16,168 bases of DNA from a virus, in UHGV virus genome UHGV-0141345, one strand, 5' to 3'. The notes beneath the pieces were generated by a model that searched no databases, was not told where the DNA came from, and saw only the letters and a list, made by a program, of their open reading frames with translations. Positions 1 to 7,358 of this stretch are shown here, in pieces (the first letter of the stretch is position 1; the number at the start of each line of letters is the position of its first letter). The translations under genes were made by a program, and so were the position numbers.

Positions 1-51
1 AGCTGTATCGGGTGATGAGTGGTATCTGTCAGGGAATTACGTGGGGGCTTA

Positions 52-705
52 ATGAGTAATAAATATTGCCAGGAGCTGGTGGAACTGCGGAACAAACCAG
101 CCCATGAACTGAAGGAAGTGGGTGATCAGTGGCGCACGCCGGACAACATTTTCTGGGGAATTAACACCCTGTTTGGCCCGTTTGTTCTGGATCTGTTCAC
201 TGACGGTGATAACGCCAAATGTGCCGCGTATTACACGGCGGAAGACAACGCGCTGGCGCATGACTGGTCAGAACGCCTTGCGGAGCTTAAAGGTGCTGCC
301 TTTGGTAATCCTCCATACAGCCGCGCCAGTCAGCATGAAGGGCAATACATCACCGGCATGCGTTACATCATGAAACATGCCAGTGCCATGCGTGATAAGG
401 GCGGGCGCTATGTTTTCCTGATCAAAGCTGCCACCAGCGAAGTGTGGTGGCCGGAAGATGCGGACCATATTGCTTTTATTCGCGGGCGTATTGGTTTTGA
501 ACTGCCTGCCTGGTTTATCCCGAAGGACGAGAAGCAGGTGCCGACAGGAGCTTTTTTCGCTGGTGCTATTGCTGTTTTTGACAAGACCTGGAAGGGACCG
601 GCAATCAGCTACATCGGGCGCGATGAACTTGAGGCATGTGGTGAGGCCTTTCTGGCGCAGGTTCGCCAGCAGGCAGAAAAACTTGTCAGGGAGATGGCGG
701 CATGA
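52..705 (+). CDS. Phage-type DNA N6-adenine methyltransferase (Dam family, PF05869-like)
   Basis: ORF 19..705; I place the start at ATG 52 (G-rich stretch 43-47 upstream), but GTG 19 directly after an in-frame TGA at 16-18 is possible. NPPY catalytic motif (FGNPPYS) and the W-TP ... LD ... GR-GF pattern typical of phage Dam proteins found in lambdoid nin regions. Stop overlaps the next start (ATGA at 702-705). Confidence 0.85.
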   Translation: MSNKYCQELVELRNKPAHELKEVGDQWRTPDNIFWGINTLFGPFVLDLFTDGDNAKCAAYYTAEDNALAHDWSERLAELKGAAFGNPPYSRASQHEGQYITGMRYIMKHASAMRDKGGRYVFLIKAATSEVWWPEDADHIAFIRGRIGFELPAWFIPKDEKQVPTGAFFAGAIAVFDKTWKGPAISYIGRDELEACGEAFLAQVRQQAEKLVREMAA

Positions 706-1028
706 CGACGTTAACTCAATGCCAGCAGCAGGTGCTGGATATGCTGATTTCTTACCAGAAAGAACGTGGCTTTCCGCCAACCAATCAGGAGGTGGCAACC
801 ATGCTGGGATACCGTTCAGTGAATGCAGCGGTGGAGCATCTTCGCGCACTGGAGAAAAAAGGCGTCATCACGATAAAGCGTGGCGTGGCCCGGGGGATCA
901 CGCTTCATACCGCAGTGAAGGACGACGACAGCGAAGCGGTCGGTATCATCCGCGCACTGCTTGCCGGTGAGGAGAACGCCAGGCTGCGTGCAGCCCACTG
1001 GTTACATGAGAGGGGCCTGAAAGTATGA
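702..1028 (+). CDS. LexA N-terminal DNA-binding domain protein (winged HTH) lacking the S24 peptidase domain
   Basis: 108 aa. Residues ~4-68 align well by eye with the E. coli LexA N-terminal domain (PPT-EIA--LG-RS-NAA-EHL-AL--KGVI-I--G--RGI-L). A linker-like 'LLAGEE' resembles the LexA 'VAAGEP' cleavage-site region, but there is no downstream catalytic domain. ATGA overlaps at both ends (702-705 and 1025-1028). Confidence 0.8.
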   Translation: MTTLTQCQQQVLDMLISYQKERGFPPTNQEVATMLGYRSVNAAVEHLRALEKKGVITIKRGVARGITLHTAVKDDDSEAVGIIRALLAGEENARLRAAHWLHERGLKV

Positions 1029-1414
1029 AGTTGATCCTTCCTTTCCCGCCCAGTGTGAACACGTACTGGCGACACCCCAACAAAGGGGCATTTGCTGGTA
1101 AGAGCCTGATAAGCGAGGCGGGGCGAAAATTTCAGAGCGCGGCGTGCGCAGCAATAGTTGAGCAGTTACGTCGTCTGCCGAAACCAACGTCGGCACCTGC
1201 TTCAGTGGAGATCGTGTTGTTTCCTCCGGATAACCGGATCCGCGATCTGGACAACTATAACAAGGCTCTGTTTGACGCCCTGACCCACGCGGGTGTGTGG
1301 GAAGACGACAGACAGGTGAAAAGAATGCTGGTGGAGTGGGGACCGGTTATCCCGAAAGGGAAGGTCGAGATCACTATCAGTAAGTATGAGAAACCGGCGG
1401 GTGCAGCCGCCTGA
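1025..1414 (+). CDS. rusA: Holliday-junction resolvase RusA (crossover junction endodeoxyribonuclease)
   Basis: 129 aa; RusA-family pattern (PPS-N-YWRH, DLDNY-KA-FDALT-AGVW-DD-QV). Start overlaps the upstream stop. Usual nin-region position upstream of Q. Confidence 0.85.
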   Translation: MKLILPFPPSVNTYWRHPNKGAFAGKSLISEAGRKFQSAACAAIVEQLRRLPKPTSAPASVEIVLFPPDNRIRDLDNYNKALFDALTHAGVWEDDRQVKRMLVEWGPVIPKGKVEITISKYEKPAGAAA

Positions 1415-1433
1415 TTAAGAGGAGAAACGAAGT

Positions 1434-2243
1434 ATGAATAATCTGATGGTCATTGATGGTATTGAAGTTCGTCGTGATGCTTATGGGCGTTACAGCCTGA
1501 ACGATCTGCATCGCGCAGCAGTAGCATCTGGTGCAAATGCCAGAACCAAGGAGCCAGGAAAGTTTCTTTCCAGCCAACAAACTGTTGAGCTTGTTCATGA
1601 ATTGACCAACACCCAGAATTTGGGTGTTGACCCGGTGAGTGTGATTCATGGGGGAAATGAACGGGGAACGTATGTCTGCAAGGAACTGGTGTATGCCTAT
1701 GCAATGTGGATCAGCCCGTCATTCCATCTGAAGGTGATCCGTACTTTCGACATGGTAACCAGCGCACCGGAAAAATTATCCGGACAGGCTGCTGACAAGA
1801 TGCAGGCTGGTGTGATTCTGCTGGACTTTATGCGCCGGGAATTAAACCTGTCTAACTCTTCAGTGCTTGGTGCCTGTCAGAAACTCCAGGAGGCTGTTGG
1901 CTTACCGAATCTGGCACCGCGCTATGCCATTGATGCTCCTGCTGACGCGCCTGATGGCTCAAGTCGTCCTACGCTGTCGCTGAGTGCACTGCTGAAACAG
2001 TATGGTATCCGCCTTACGGCTAATCAGGCATATCACCAGATGGCGAAGCTGGGGATCGTTGAACAACGCGAACGATACAGCCGTACCGCGATTAACAACA
2101 TCAAAAAATTCTGGTCGCTGACAGCGAAAGGTTGCATGTTCGGCAAGAACATCACCAGTCCCGCAAATCCGCGCGAGACGCAGCCGCATTTCTTCGAATC
2201 CCGATTCCCTGAGCTGTTAAAGCTGCTCGATACCGTTCATTGA
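1434..2243 (+). CDS. KilA-N domain protein with antirepressor-like (KilAC/ANT-type) C-terminal region
   Basis: 269 aa. Strong SD (AAGAGGAGA) 7 nt upstream of the ATG. N-terminus shows KilA-N hallmarks (YSLNDLHRA, GGNERGTYVCKELVYAYAMWISPSF). C-terminal half resembles an antirepressor KilAC/ANT domain. Confidence 0.8.
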   Translation: MNNLMVIDGIEVRRDAYGRYSLNDLHRAAVASGANARTKEPGKFLSSQQTVELVHELTNTQNLGVDPVSVIHGGNERGTYVCKELVYAYAMWISPSFHLKVIRTFDMVTSAPEKLSGQAADKMQAGVILLDFMRRELNLSNSSVLGACQKLQEAVGLPNLAPRYAIDAPADAPDGSSRPTLSLSALLKQYGIRLTANQAYHQMAKLGIVEQRERYSRTAINNIKKFWSLTAKGCMFGKNITSPANPRETQPHFFESRFPELLKLLDTVH

Positions 2244-2244
2244 G

Positions 2245-3240
2245 GTGACCGTGAGAGCACTACTGACCCCTGAAATTGCCCCGCGTATGGGGATCGTATT
2301 GTTCAGGCCAGGTTCAGAGCTGATGCCCCTGTTTATGCAGGGGCGTGTCCTGCTGGAGCCTGAGCCGGAACGTTATTCATCTTTCGCCAGTGGTGCCGTT
2401 CCGGCGGCATCACAACCGCTGGCGGATGATCCTGCCGTTCGGGCCGTGTTCCGCAATGAGGAAGTGATCCGTCGTGCTGGTGGCGTGGAATGTCTTGAAA
2501 GCTGGTTACTTCGTGAAAAAGGCTGCCAGTGGCCTCATTCCGACTGGCACAGCGAGAACATGACAACAATGCGACACGCGCCGGGCGCAATCCGTCTGTG
2601 CTGGCACTGCGATAACCAGCTGCGCGATCAGTTCACGGAACGGCTGGAATCAATGGCAACGGATAACTGTGCCCGCTGGGTGTTGTCTGTTGTGCGTCGG
2701 GATCTCGGTTTTGATGATAGTCACGTTGTGACAATGCCGGAACTGTGCTGGTGGCTGATTCGTAATGACCTGGCGGATGCCTTACCGGAAAGTGCAGCCC
2801 GTAAGGCACTGAGATTACCGAAGCCTGTTGTGCCGTCTGTCACCCGGGAAAGTGACCTTGTGCCTTCGGTTCCTGCCACCAGCATCATCCAGGATAAGGC
2901 GAAAAAGGTGCTGGCGCTGAAAGTGGATCCGGAGTCGCCGGAGTCTTTTATGTTACGCCCAAAACGTCGCCGCTGGGTTAATGAAAAGTACACACGCTGG
3001 GTTAAGACACAGCCGTGTGCATGTTGTGGAAAGCCTGCTGATGATCCCCACCACCTGATAGGCCACGGTCAGGGGGGAATGGGTACAAAAGCGCATGACC
3101 TCTTTGTGTTGCCTTTGTGCAGAAAGCATCACGACGAGCTGCATGCGGATACCGTGGCATTTGAAGAGAAGTATGGCTCCCAGCTGGAGCTGATATTTCG
3201 TTTTATCGATCGTGCGCTGGCAATTGGCGTGCTGGCCTGA
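2245..3240 (+). CDS. DUF968-like phage protein with C-terminal Cys/His (HNH-like) metal-binding cluster
   Basis: 331 aa ORF starting at GTG 2245 directly after the upstream stop; start uncertain (in-frame ATG at 2287). C-terminal CACCGKP...HHLIGHG...H[12 protein letters not shown] motif. Sits immediately upstream of Q, as DUF968 genes do in E. coli lambdoid prophages. Confidence 0.7.
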   Translation: MTVRALLTPEIAPRMGIVLFRPGSELMPLFMQGRVLLEPEPERYSSFASGAVPAASQPLADDPAVRAVFRNEEVIRRAGGVECLESWLLREKGCQWPHSDWHSENMTTMRHAPGAIRLCWHCDNQLRDQFTERLESMATDNCARWVLSVVRRDLGFDDSHVVTMPELCWWLIRNDLADALPESAARKALRLPKPVVPSVTRESDLVPSVPATSIIQDKAKKVLALKVDPESPESFMLRPKRRRWVNEKYTRWVKTQPCACCGKPADDPHHLIGHGQGGMGTKAHDLFVLPLCRKHHDELHADTVAFEEKYGSQLELIFRFIDRALAIGVLA

Positions 3241-3257
3241 TTTTGTGGAGAACGTTG

Positions 3258-3623
3258 ATGCGTGATATTCAAATGGTTCTTGAACGTTGGGGGGCATGGG
3301 TGGCAAATAATCACGAGGATGTCACCTGGTCGTCTATTGCTGCAGGATTTAAAGGACTAATCCCTTCAAAAGTAAAATCCCGCCCGCAATGTTGTGACGA
3401 TGATGCGATGATCATTTGTGGGTGCATGGCTCGCCTGAAAAAGAACAACAGCGATTTGCACGATTTATTAGTGGATTATTATGTAGGTGGTATGACGTTT
3501 ATGGCGCTTGCCCGTAAACATGGGCGTTCTGATTGCTGGGTTGGGCGTTTATTGCAAAAGGCTGAAGGTGTAGTTGATGGCATGTTAATGATGTTAGAAA
3601 TTGAGCTAGAGATGGATCGTTAG
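3258..3623 (+). CDS. Late-gene antitermination protein Q (short Q-like, Phage_antitermQ family, QuuD-type)
   Basis: Start at ATG 3258 with GGAG 7 nt upstream (the track ORF begins at TTG 3243). 121 aa with Cys-rich segment ([16 protein letters not shown]). Position immediately upstream of the lysis region. Confidence 0.8.
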   Translation: MRDIQMVLERWGAWVANNHEDVTWSSIAAGFKGLIPSKVKSRPQCCDDDAMIICGCMARLKKNNSDLHDLLVDYYVGGMTFMALARKHGRSDCWVGRLLQKAEGVVDGMLMMLEIELEMDR

Positions 3624-3665
3624 AAGACCTCTTATTGAGGGGGTAATTGAATCAGTTTAATGTGT

Positions 3666-3700
3666 GGGGAGTCGATTTATTCTCCCCATTTTATTTAATT
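3666..3700 (+). terminator. Putative rho-independent terminator downstream of Q
   Basis: Stem GGGGAG (3666-3671) / CTCCCC (3682-3687) with 10-nt loop, followed by ATTTTATTTAATT. The tail is U-rich only on the + strand. Lies between convergent genes Q (+) and the lipoprotein gene (-). Confidence 0.4.
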
Positions 3701-3707
3701 AATTTAC

Positions 3708-4154
3708 TTAAGGTTTTAATTCATCAAGACGTTGTTGGATAGTGTTTTTGCTTGCGTTGTCTGTTATAGCCATTTGTTGTACTTGCCCCATTGCCATTTG
3801 AGTTTCCATCCACATATCGGCCCACACTTTTGTATCGTTATTAACTTGAGCGATAGTAAATCTGACTTTTGATACCGGGGTTGTTGAATAGGCATTGCCG
3901 ATTAACATTTGTCCAAAAACAGCAGAGCCGCCTTCCAGTTCTTTACCACATATAACACTGCTGTTATCCGCGTTGTAAATTATCAACCCTCTACTATTGC
4001 AGTAATTCACAAGGGCATCTTTGACTTTATCTTTTGTCATATTTTGATAAACCCCCTCAGGTTTTCCTGATTGAGTTTTCTTTATCAATGGTACGGAAGA
4101 AGTACAACCTGAAATGATAGTTGCGCTAAGTAATAGTACAGTCATTTTATTCAT
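3708..4154 (-). CDS. Hypothetical lipoprotein (accessory gene convergent with Q)
   Basis: 148 aa. N-terminus MNKMTVLLLSATIISGC has a signal peptide and lipobox (ISG|C). The gene and surroundings are visibly AT-rich relative to flanking phage genes. No family recognised. Confidence 0.65.
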   Translation of the reverse strand: MNKMTVLLLSATIISGCTSSVPLIKKTQSGKPEGVYQNMTKDKVKDALVNYCNSRGLIIYNADNSSVICGKELEGGSAVFGQMLIGNAYSTTPVSKVRFTIAQVNNDTKVWADMWMETQMAMGQVQQMAITDNASKNTIQQRLDELKP

Positions 4155-4182
4155 GTTTCTTATCCATTGTTAAGGGCATACC

Positions 4183-4216
4183 CACACAATTATTTTTATT
4201 GGAGATGAATAATCAA
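4183..4216 (-). promoter_or_regulatory. Candidate sigma70 promoter for the lipoprotein gene
   Basis: On the - strand: -35 TTGATT (complement of 4211-4216), 16-bp spacer, -10 AATAAT (complement of 4189-4194), about 30 nt upstream of the ATG at 4154. Prediction by eye only. Confidence 0.3.
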
Positions 4217-4277
4217 CCGTTTACAATCGTAAAAAATCAAATATGCTGTTAAGAGTGGTTACTTCGCCACACAACTT

Positions 4278-4302
4278 AAACCCGCCGCTGAGCGGTTTTT
4301 TT
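4278..4302 (+). terminator. Putative rho-independent terminator (possibly tR'-like)
   Basis: Short GC stem CCGC(4285-4288)/GCGG(4292-4295) with 3-nt loop followed by T7 (4296-4302). Weak stem, strong U-tract. Confidence 0.35.
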
Positions 4303-4424
4303 GTACCTGTAAACTTGGTGCAGTACAGTAAACACGCTGGTGGTCGTGAATACTGACTTTTTATCTTGCTGGCTTTTTAGACAAGAGTTATTGGTATGTC
4401 ATGTTAACCAGAAGGGGAAAAGAC

Positions 4425-4628
4425 ATGCTAAAACAGCAAGATATGACAGAAACCGCCGCCGCAGTCCTTCATTTCTTACCTGCTGACAAGTGGGTAACGC
4501 CACGCATGATGACGAGAACTACCGGAGTAAGCGAAGCCCGGTGCCAGTTAATACTGACCCAGTTAGTTCTGGCGGGTCTGGCGAAGGGTAACGGCGGGTA
4601 CGGGAATAAATTCAGACGCTGCCAGTAA
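4425..4628 (+). CDS. Small winged-helix DNA-binding protein, tentatively FaeA/PapI-like
   Basis: 67 aa from ATG 4425, with SD-like AAGGGGA (4412-4418) 6 nt upstream (track ORF begins at ATG 4401, which lacks an SD). Pattern VLHFL...VT...GVSEAR-QLILTQLVLAGLA...GG resembles small wHTH regulators of the PapI/FaeA type. Assignment from pattern memory only. Confidence 0.45.
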   Translation: MLKQQDMTETAAAVLHFLPADKWVTPRMMTRTTGVSEARCQLILTQLVLAGLAKGNGGYGNKFRRCQ

Positions 4629-4778
4629 TGGCGGTTTCCTGCTGTGAAAATGGGCGGCTGGTGGGTGTTGGTAGCACCTGCCAGCCATTCGCTCATGCTT
4701 ACTGGTCACAAGCGAACCACGGCCCACTGCTTTAGCGCAAAAGCAGAGTGAGCCTACCAGAGTTACGCTTACTGATCC

Positions 4779-5831
4779 ATGAAAAACACTGTAAAAATAA
4801 ACAGTGTTGATTTAATCAACGCTGATTGCCTGCATTTTATTCAGTCCCTGCCTGATGATTCCATTGACCTGATTGTTACCGATCCGCCGTACTTCAAGGT
4901 GAAACCCAACGGCTGGGACAATCAGTGGAAAGGGGACGAAGATTACCTTAAGTGGCTGGATCACTGTCTGGCCCAGTTCTGGCGGGTGTTAAAACCTGCT
5001 GGAAGCCTTTACCTGTTCTGTGGGCATCGCCTGGCATCTGATATTGAGATCATGATGCGTGAACGTTTCAACGTGCTTAACCATATCATCTGGGCGAAGC
5101 CGTCCGGACGTTGGAATGGGTGTAATAAAGAAAGTCTGCGCGCATATTTTCCTGCCACAGAGCGCGTTCTGTTTGCTGAACATTACCAGGGGCCATATCG
5201 CGGCAAAAGTGACGGCTATGCGGCAAAAGAAAGGGAACTCAAACAGCACATAATGGCACCGCTGATATCGTATTTCAGGGATGCTCGTGCCGAACTGGGT
5301 ATAACGGCAAAACAAATTGCCGAAGCCACAGGTAAGAAAAATATGGTTTCCCACTGGTTTGGTGCCAGTCAGTGGCAGTTGCCGAATGAGGCTGACTATC
5401 GGAAGTTACAGGCACTGTTTTCCCGTATAGCGGCAGAGAAGTTTCAGGAACAACAACTGGAACAACCACACCACCAGCTGGTGGCATCTTATGATTCACT
5501 GAATCGCAAATATTCTGAATTGCTGGATGAGTTTAAATCTCTCCGGCGCTATTTCTCCGTATCAGTCTCCGTGCCTTATACCGATGTCTGGACGCATAAG
5601 CCCGTTCAGTTCTACCCGGGTAAACATCCGTGCGAGAAACCGGCGGATATGCTCCGGCAAATAATCAATGCCAGTAGTCGACCTGGTGATCTGGTTGCTG
5701 ATTTCTTTATGGGATCCGGTTCCACAATAAAAGCGGCAATGGCGCTGGGGCGTCAGGCGTTAGGTGTTGAACTTGAGTCAGAGCGGTTTAATCAGACGGT
5801 GAAAGAGGTAAGTGAACTGGTGGGGAAATAA
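4779..5831 (+). CDS. Beta-class DNA amino-methyltransferase (N6_N4_Mtase-like; probably N6-adenine), orphan
   Basis: 350 aa. Motif IV DPPY near the N-terminus (TDPPYF) and motif I FxGSGST near the C-terminus (FFMGSGSTIKAA), the beta-class order with a central target-recognition region. DPPY rather than SPPF favours N6-adenine. No restriction endonuclease gene is adjacent. Confidence 0.85.
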   Translation: MKNTVKINSVDLINADCLHFIQSLPDDSIDLIVTDPPYFKVKPNGWDNQWKGDEDYLKWLDHCLAQFWRVLKPAGSLYLFCGHRLASDIEIMMRERFNVLNHIIWAKPSGRWNGCNKESLRAYFPATERVLFAEHYQGPYRGKSDGYAAKERELKQHIMAPLISYFRDARAELGITAKQIAEATGKKNMVSHWFGASQWQLPNEADYRKLQALFSRIAAEKFQEQQLEQPHHQLVASYDSLNRKYSELLDEFKSLRRYFSVSVSVPYTDVWTHKPVQFYPGKHPCEKPADMLRQIINASSRPGDLVADFFMGSGSTIKAAMALGRQALGVELESERFNQTVKEVSELVGK

Positions 5832-5836
5832 TTCTG

Positions 5837-5864
5837 GTGGCCACGTTGCGTGGCCTTTTTATTT
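5837..5864 (+). terminator. Rho-independent terminator after the methyltransferase
   Basis: Perfect 7-bp stem GGCCACG (5839-5845) / CGTGGCC (5849-5855) with loop TTG, followed by TTTTTATTT. Confidence 0.6.
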
Positions 5865-5907
5865 CCAACACAGCACCCGCAAATATCGCGAGGTGAGAGA
5901 TGACGAA

Positions 5908-6243
5908 ATGCCTCATAACCCAAATACATGGCCGGACTGGCTGGAGTTGTTTCAGAGCTGGTGGCGTGGAGACACACCGCTTGGTGCAGTGATTATGTCG
6001 ATCGTTATGGCTGGTTTGCGCATCGCCTATTTTGGCGGTGGTGGTGGCTGGAAGCGAAAAACGCTCGAGATTTTGCTATGTGGCGCTCTGACGCTGACCT
6101 TTGCATCCGCTCTTGAGTATGTCGGATGGCCTAAATCGCTTTCTGTTGCCATTGGTGGTGGCGTGGGGCTGATCGGTGTCGATGCTATTCGTGGGGCTGC
6201 AATGCGAGTAATCGGTAACAAATTTGGTAGCTCGAAGGAGTAA
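5908..6243 (+). CDS. S: Holin, lambda S family (class I)
   Basis: 111 aa from ATG 5908 with SD AGGTGAGAG (5891-5899). The C-terminal two-thirds resemble lambda S (AY-G---GG-----T-------C; SL-VAIGGGVGLIGVDAI). The N-terminus differs from lambda S and has no Met-Lys-Met dual-start motif. Directly precedes R. Confidence 0.8.
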   Translation: MPHNPNTWPDWLELFQSWWRGDTPLGAVIMSIVMAGLRIAYFGGGGGWKRKTLEILLCGALTLTFASALEYVGWPKSLSVAIGGGVGLIGVDAIRGAAMRVIGNKFGSSKE

Positions 6244-6246
6244 TTT

Positions 6247-6723
6247 ATGCAGGCACTAAATTCCCAGCGTAAAGCTTTCCTGGATATGGTGGCATGGTCA
6301 GAAGGAACGGATAACGGACGGCAGAAAACCAGAAATCATGGTTATGACGTCATTGTAGGCGGAGAGCTATTTACTGATTACTCCGATCACCCTCGCAAGC
6401 TTGTCACGCTAAACCCCAAACTCAAATCAACAGCAGCCGGACGTTATCAGCTTCTTTCACGCTGGTGGGATGCTTACCGTAAGCAGCTTGGCCTGAAAGA
6501 CTTCTCCCCCAAAAGCCAGGACGCAGTGGCATTGCAGCAGATTAAAGAACGTGGCGCTTTACCGATGATTGATCGCGGTGATATCCGTCAGGCAATCGAC
6601 CGTTGCAGCAATATCTGGGCTTCACTGCCGGGGGCTGGTTATGGTCAGTTCGAGCATAAGGCTGACAACCTGATTGCAAAATTCAAAGAAGCTGGCGGAA
6701 TGGTCAGAGAGATTGAGGTATGA
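6247..6723 (+). CDS. R: Endolysin R (lytic transglycosylase), near-identical to lambda R
   Basis: 158 aa; from residue ~5 onward matches my recollection of lambda R almost exactly ([46 protein letters not shown]...). SD AAGGAG upstream. Confidence 0.95.
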   Translation: MQALNSQRKAFLDMVAWSEGTDNGRQKTRNHGYDVIVGGELFTDYSDHPRKLVTLNPKLKSTAAGRYQLLSRWWDAYRKQLGLKDFSPKSQDAVALQQIKERGALPMIDRGDIRQAIDRCSNIWASLPGAGYGQFEHKADNLIAKFKEAGGMVREIEV

Positions 6724-7157
6724 GCAGAGTAACCGCGATTATCTCCGCTCTGGTTATCTGCATCATCGTCTGCCTGTCGTGGGCGGTCAATCATTACCGT
6801 GATAACGCCATGACCTACAAAGAGCAGCGCGATAAAGCCACATCCATCATCGCTGATATGCAGAAGCGTCAACGTGATGTAGCAGAACTCGACGCCAGAT
6901 ACACAAAGGAGCTTGCTGATGCTAACGCGACTATCGAAAGTCTCCGTGCTGATGTTTCTGCTGGTCGTAAGCGCCTGCAAGTCGCCGCCACCTGTGCAAA
7001 GTCAACGACCGGAGCCAGCGGCATGGGCGATGGAGAAAGCCCAAGACTTACAGCAGATGCTGAACTCAATTATTACCGTCTCCGAAGTGGAATCGACAAG
7101 ATAACCGCGCAGGTTAACTACCTGCAGGAGTACATCAGGACGCAATGCCTGAAATAA
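6720..7157 (+). CDS. Rz: Spanin inner-membrane subunit Rz
   Basis: 145 aa; N-terminus [30 protein letters not shown] matches lambda Rz. Start overlaps the R stop (ATGA). Confidence 0.9.
   Translation: MSRVTAIISALVICIIVCLSWAVNHYRDNAMTYKEQRDKATSIIADMQKRQRDVAELDARYTKELADANATIESLRADVSAGRKRLQVAATCAKSTTGASGMGDGESPRLTADAELNYYRLRSGIDKITAQVNYLQEYIRTQCLK
6919..7104 (+). CDS. Rz1: Spanin outer-membrane lipoprotein Rz1, embedded in the +1 frame of Rz
   Basis: 61 aa from ATG 6919. Signal peptide with lipobox (VVSAC) followed by a Pro-rich segment ([13 protein letters not shown]). Entirely nested inside Rz, as in lambda. Confidence 0.75.
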   Translation: MLTRLSKVSVLMFLLVVSACKSPPPVQSQRPEPAAWAMEKAQDLQQMLNSIITVSEVESTR

Positions 7158-7188
7158 TTTTTTTGCAAATCACAAAGTCAATTTAATG

Positions 7189-7211
7189 AGCCTCGCGATG
7201 CGGGGCTTTTT
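7189..7211 (+). terminator. Rho-independent terminator downstream of Rz/Rz1
   Basis: 8-bp stem AGCCTCGC (7189-7196) / GCGGGGCT (7200-7207) with one G-U pair, loop GAT, followed by TTTT. Confidence 0.5.
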
Positions 7212-7218
7212 GCAATAA

Positions 7219-7243
7219 ATGCGTACCGCAACGCATGTTTTTT
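7219..7243 (+). terminator. Second tandem terminator-like hairpin
   Basis: Perfect inverted repeat ATGCGT (7219-7224) / ACGCAT (7231-7236), 6-nt loop, then G + T6 (7238-7243). Confidence 0.4.
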
Positions 7244-7358
7244 ACACCGAACCTGCCCCTTTGGAATGGGCCTTTGAGGATACCAGTTAGTGCTGGCGAG
7301 CCTCGGTGGGCTGGTTTCCTGTGCGGCAAAGGTTCATTTCAAAGAGTAGGTACACGCT

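Noticed and set aside
122-970. Alternative-frame ORFs overlapping the Dam MTase and LexA-like genes (122-373 +, 268-849 -, 458-970 +)
   Set aside because: They overlap strongly supported motif-bearing genes in other frames and have no recognisable motifs or RBS.
3624-4780. tRNA genes downstream of Q, as in Stx phages
   Set aside because: Scanned by eye for T-loop (GGTTCRANYC) and acceptor/CCA features; none found.
5812-5907. N-terminal extension of the holin ORF (track start at 5812, MNWWGNNSGG...)
   Set aside because: This stretch contains the perfect terminator hairpin 5839-5855 and overlaps the MTase 3' end. A good SD (AGGTGAGAG) precedes the in-frame ATG at 5908, and the lambda-S-like region begins after that.
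6027-6062. G-rich run (GGCGGTGGTGGTGGCTGG) as a possible repeat or G-quadruplex element
   Set aside because: It encodes the Gly run (GGGGGW) of the holin, analogous to the Gly-rich turn in lambda S; it is coding sequence, not a separate element.
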